A stretch of DNA of 63,866 nt, filler included, from Octopus bimaculoides (taxonomy: Eukaryota): NCBI RefSeq assembly GCF_001194135.2. It is 8 parts of 8 records of this genome, joined end to end, with 100 filler letters (N's around TTAATTAATTAA, not from the genome) between each part and the next. Parts side by side here need not be neighbours in the genome. Positions count along the whole stretch, not along the records: positions 54,347 to 61,917 come from NC_068990.1; positions 62,018 to 63,866 come from NW_026423518.1; 6 more parts are not named here. One strand, written 5' to 3'. A program made the position numbers and the translations under genes. Below the pieces are notes generated by a model that was not told the origin of the DNA, made no database searches, and was given only the letters and a program-made list of their open reading frames with translations. Positions 58,367-63,866 of this stretch are shown here, in pieces (the first letter of the stretch is position 1; every line of letters begins with the position of its first letter).

Positions 58367-58599
58367 ACTGATGTCTACTACAGAGTGAGAAATTGAGAAG
58401 GGGTCAGAACATAAAAGTGGGTAAGAGAGAAAAAAAGAAATGTCTTCTGTACTGCGTTGGTACTGTTAATTTATTTGTTAATCACGAAGAGATGAAAGGC
58501 TAATTTAACCTCAGTGAGGTTGGAACTAACAGCTAGGTGGAAAGGAACAATTATCGAAAAACATTCCGACTACCTAACAGCTTCATCTTATACAAATGT

Positions 58600-58990
58600 A
58601 GATGTGGTAAGTAGCTTGCTTACCAACCATATGGTTCTGGGTTCAGTCCCACTGCGTGGCGTCTTGGGCAAGTGTCTTCTACTATAGCCTCGGGCCAACC
58701 AAAGCCTTGTGAGTGGATTTGGTAGACGGAAACTGAAAGAAGCCCGTCGTATATATGTATATGTATAAATACGTGTGTGTTTGTGTCTGTGTTTGTCCCC
58801 CCAACATCGCTTGAAAACCGATGCTGGTGTGTTAACGTCCCCGTCACTTAGCAGTTCGGCAAAAGAGACCGATAGAATAAGTACTCGGCTTGCAAAGAAT
58901 AAGTCCTGGGGTCGATTTGCTCGACTAAAGGCGGTGCTTCGGCATGACCGCAGTCAAATGACTGAAACAAGTAAGAAAAAAAGAGAGAGA
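58600..58990 (+). mobile_element. tRNA-derived SINE, family A, near full length
   Basis: Head with pol III-like boxes (...tgtggtaag, gggttcagtccc), internal (TA/TG)n, body ccccgtcacttagcagttcggc...cagtcaaatgactgaaacaag; many copies in the window. Confidence 0.85.
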
Positions 58991-59183
58991 GAGTATATGT
59001 ATGTATGAATGAATGTATGTACGTATGCATGCATGTATGTATGTATGTATATGTGTATATACATGTGTATATACGCATATATACATATATGTACATATGC
59101 ATAAATATATATGTTTGTGTGTGTATATTTTTTGTGTGCGTGTATGTATCTATATATATATTATATAAATGTATATATATGAA

Positions 59184-59221
<38 letters not shown>

Positions 59222-59663
59222 NNNNNNNNNNNNNNNNNNNNNNNNNNNNNNNNNNNNNNNNNNNNNNNNNNNNNNNNNNNNNNNNNNNNNNNNNNNNNNN
59301 NNNNNNNNNNNNNNNNNNNNNNNNNNNNNNNNNNNNNNNNNNNNNNNNNNNNNNNNNNNNNNNNNNNNNNNNNNNNNNNNNNNNNNNNNNNNNNNNNNNN
59401 NNNNNNNNNNNNNNNNNNNNNNNNNNNNNNNNNNNNNNNNNNNNNNNNNNNNNNNNNNNNNNNNNNNNNNNNNNNNNNNNNNNNNNNNNNNNNNNNNNNN
59501 NNNNNNNNNNNNNNNNNNNNNNNNNNNNNNNNNNNNNNNNNNNNNNNNNNNNNNNNNNNNNNNNNNNNNNNNNNNNNNNNNNNNNNNNNNNNNNNNNNNN
59601 NNNNNNNNNNNNNNNNNNNNNNNNNNNNNNNNNNNNNNNNNNNNNNNNNNNNNNNNNNNNNNN

Positions 59664-59711
<48 letters not shown>

Positions 59712-61414
59712 GCATATATATATGGACACATGCGTACATACATATAATCTTAACATGAAAAACGTTATGTAACTGTTAATCCAAGTGAACTGTGTAAAAG
59801 AATGCAAGGACCATGAAGAACTGAAAATAACTCACGATCACCGGGACCCCCTCCACCAAATTTTGAAGTGTCTTCAAATAAAGAATAAAGATGGCATGAA
59901 ATTTTTCCATAATGTTCTTCAAAGCCATCTATTGAAGCAGGCATGTCAGTATTTTACTTAGTTTTTCTTCCCATCGATTGCTTCTTCTTCCATCGGTAAA
60001 CGATGACACTTTAAATAGGTAAGCAGATCATTTCATCATAGTATTGAACTATTGAACCATAGTTCTCTTTCTTTCCTTCTTTCTTTCCTTCCTTTCTTTC
60101 TTTCTCTCCCCTCACTATCTTCTAGCTTTCTCATCCTCTGAGGATATAGAAGTGATAAAATTCACTCATGTTCTATAAGGCTATCAATCTCATCTGACCT
60201 GGCTGTGAAATCGGAAAATATAGCGGATGAGCCATACTAGTCAGAATTTGTCGTCAAGCAAATTCTCTGGTGACAGTGACACTACGTCCGATATCTTCTT
60301 TTCCTAAGGAATGGACTGACTGCGTTGTTTCAATTTCTACTGGGAACTTAGTACTGTACCGGAATATTTCAGATATGCTGCTACAAAATGCCTGTGCAGA
60401 GAGGAACCACCACGTAGTCACTCAATCTACTAGAAACAGTTGCCCAATGCCTCTTAAATCACTCTACCACTTTAATTAAAGGTACATTAGATAATTTAGG
60501 AGAGCATTACTCTGAAAGGCAAGATGGTCGTGGCTAGAATGGCTTTTGATATGTCTGCATAACATCAGCTACTTTAAAATTTAAAAGTAACAGTCTGTTC
60601 AGAAATAAATTAACAGCAAGAGCACCACCGTAGCCTTCGTCAAATCATACCCTAAAGTCTTTAAAAATCTGGGAAACACATTAGCAATACTGTCGTAGAT
60701 ATATTTCTTCAAGCGGACATTATAGGGACACGCTTCATGCCACACTACTTCAAGAATCTTTACTCCCATATTAGGTTAGGTAGTTCGTCAAATTTATCTT
60801 TTTGGATGACATCAGTGTAGTCGAGTGGTTTTCACTGTAGATATACATTATACTTGAACAACGAGATGGTCATAGACGAAACGACTTGCAACAGGGTTTA
60901 TATGGATCCGAACAATATACCAGCTTCAATAATCTTAAAATATGTTGGGAAACTAAGGCTAAATAAGAATGATTCAAACAATGTTGACACAGCGTTTAGA
61001 TAAAATGCAAGTTTATTTCTCAGCATGAATATTGAACAGCTTGTTACTTTTCTCTGCACCAAGTCAAAATATAAATACATGTTGGACGAATTCCCACTGA
61101 TATGATGGTTATATTGTAAAAGATAGAAATTTGATGAAAGGAACAGTGTGTAAGCCTATCAGAGAAATTAACTATTTCTGTTCTGATGGATTAAAGTTAA
61201 TCCATCATTCAGTTTAATGTTGACACCTAACCTTTAGCAATGTTTACTCTGTTGCAAGCATTCGGGCCTTGCGCCAAAATTTGAAACCAAAATTCATGCT
61301 AACAAAACATTTCTCAATAATAGTTTATATACTTCCTTTGTTCTCTCAGATAAAATGTGCCGTTGATGCTTTCTATAAACGACTACATAGCAAACATGTT
61401 GTTCTTGGAGCGTC

Positions 61415-61473
<59 letters not shown>

Positions 61474-61649
61474 CGGGTGGGGGACAGAAACACATGCACA
61501 TATATCTAGTAAGCACATAAATTACAAAACCCATTTGCAGAGAATTTCGTGTACGGCACCAATCGGAAATTTGATCGGTGTCATGCATCGAAATTTTGTG
61601 CCTAAAATCATTTTTGAAAATGTTCTGAACATATATCTTTTATCTTTTT

Positions 61650-61860
61650 AACTTTTATTTGTTTCAGTCATTTGGTTGCAGCCATGCTGGGGCACCACAT
61701 TGAAGAATTTTTAGTTGAACGAAACAATCCCAGTCCTTCTTTTTTAAGCTTGGTATTTTATCGGTCTCTTTGGTCCAAACGGTATGTTACAGGGACGTAA
61801 ACAAACGCACACCGGTTGTCAAGCAATGGCGGAGAACAAAACAGGCACAAAGTTACATAC
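61650..61860 (-). mobile_element. SINE family A, body
   Basis: gtttcagtcattt...gcagccatgctggggcacc...ggtctcttt. Confidence 0.7.
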
Positions 61861-61864
61861 ACAC

Positions 61865-61917
<53 letters not shown>

Positions 61918-62017
61918 NNNNNNNNNNNNNNNNNNNNNNNNNNNNNNNNNNNNNNNNNNNNTTAATTAATTAANNNNNNNNNNNNNNNNNNNNNNNNNNN
62001 NNNNNNNNNNNNNNNNN

Positions 62018-62053
<36 letters not shown>

Positions 62054-62165
62054 AATATATATGTGTGTGTGCTTGGGAATATATATATATGTGTTTGTAT
62101 GTATGTGTGTGTAAATATATATTTTATATATATATATATCCCTTAATGAGGCTAATTTAACCTCT

Positions 62166-62196
<31 letters not shown>

Positions 62197-62528
62197 NNNN
62201 NNNNNNNNNNNNNNNNNNNNNNNNNNNNNNNNNNNNNNNNNNNNNNNNNNNNNNNNNNNNNNNNNNNNNNNNNNNNNNNNNNNNNNNNNNNNNNNNNNNN
62301 NNNNNNNNNNNNNNNNNNNNNNNNNNNNNNNNNNNNNNNNNNNNNNNNNNNNNNNNNNNNNNNNNNNNNNNNNNNNNNNNNNNNNNNNNNNNNNNNNNNN
62401 NNNNNNNNNNNNNNNNNNNNNNNNNNNNNNNNNNNNNNNNNNNNNNNNNNNNNNNNNNNNNNNNNNNNNNNNNNNNNTTAAAATTGATTGTTATGGTTAT
62501 GACATACTATAATATGAACATTGTGATG

Positions 62529-62604
<76 letters not shown>

Positions 62605-63047
62605 TAAAAATAATAATAACATTAGTGAATGAAGTTCTGCACAGTAAACTGAAGATAGAAGGGTAAGAGAAAAGCAAACTGTACTTAAGGATCAAATTCA
62701 GACGGCACAATAAAACGATATCCAGACCGATGACTAAGAAATTAATATACTAATATACTGTCCAAGTGTAAAAGCAAAAGCTTTTGACTTCCAAAAACGT
62801 TTCACAATTGAACAGGAAACAATTGCAGTTACTTTGGACAAATATCCACAGCCTTTTCCTGACGCACGATTATGCATCTGCAAGAAGAAATATTGGAACA
62901 CTTTTTTTTTGTCAGCATGATACAGTAAAATACATTAAAACTGTAACTATATTAACAAAAAAATAACTAACATTTGTAATAGTTATGTTTACGAAGTTTG
63001 GTGCATATCGACAACTACTGTTAAAACCAAGAAACGGACGAACTTCA

Positions 63048-63123
<76 letters not shown>

Positions 63124-63823
63124 CATGGTTGTCAAGTTATAAGTATTGGTAGAAAACCACACTAAATGTTTTTATATTATTTCTGAATTCAAATCTGTTT
63201 GAGTCAGTTATGCTTTTCATTCTTCTGAAATCGATAAAGAAAATACCATCGAGGAATTGGAGTCAATTCAATAGACAGTGCCGCCTTATCTTGTTTTATA
63301 TTAGTAATGATTGTTTTCAAAATTATTATAATTTAATTTATTCTTGGAAGCACCGCAAAATGAAAAAAATGGTATCAATGTTCCTGGTCTTTGTTTTTCC
63401 AAGTAACCTGTGAAAATTTTGTACTTGTAGTTTCAAATTCAAGTAAAGTGAATTGATAATATTGATGAAGACAAACAGTTTGTATTTAGTCAACAGAAGT
63501 AACTAAATAGAAAGTGAATTTAGAAAGAAAAGTAGTCGTTTTTAATTCGTGGATCAATTAATCCAAACATTTTCCTATGCAGCTTAACTAGCATTGGATG
63601 TATGTGTACGAACACTCGAAAGGAACAAATATTGCTTATTTTCAGTTTCGATGTCTATTACAAGTGACATCATCAAAATATAAGATGCTTATCTCTTGAT
63701 AGTGTTACCTGTGATAGACAAGTACACCATGCCATTACATAGCTAAGAATGAAATGATATCTCATCTACTTCGGCGTTCTGAAGAAATCGACATTTACAC
63801 CATATAGTTGTAAAAATGATACG

Positions 63824-63866
<43 letters not shown>

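Noticed and set aside
59836-59928. 93-nt - strand segment with tag/gtgagt ends and two open frames
   Set aside because: Neither translation resembles AK7 or any protein I recognise; unsupported without RNA data.

Overview
Eukaryotic, AT-rich, microsatellite-saturated draft-assembly DNA with many N gaps. The repeat families point to an octopus genome, probably Octopus bimaculoides (inference). Two host genes are recognisable and converge on each other. The first is a + strand clan-2 cytochrome P450 with 7 exons recovered (18377-27726); its 5' exons were not found. The second is a - strand adenylate kinase 7 (AK7) with 4 internal exons (53034-47213); its other exons were not found. The rest is mostly decayed mobile DNA: Penelope-like retroelements, R4/Dong-, HERO- and RTE-type LINE fragments, Tc1/mariner remnants, several palindromic MITE-like elements and at least four SINE-like families. 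The most notable items are four minimal hammerhead-ribozyme-like loci tied to Penelope-type repeats (one is an inverted pair forming a long hairpin), a Penelope GIY-YIG domain split by an in-frame low-complexity insert, a tandem array born from a SINE internal segment, an RTE tail with three C2H2 fingers, and a cluster of long palindromes 5' of the P450. I did not find a confidently novel system; these are leads. Repeat boundaries are approximate and were judged by eye, with no database searches run.
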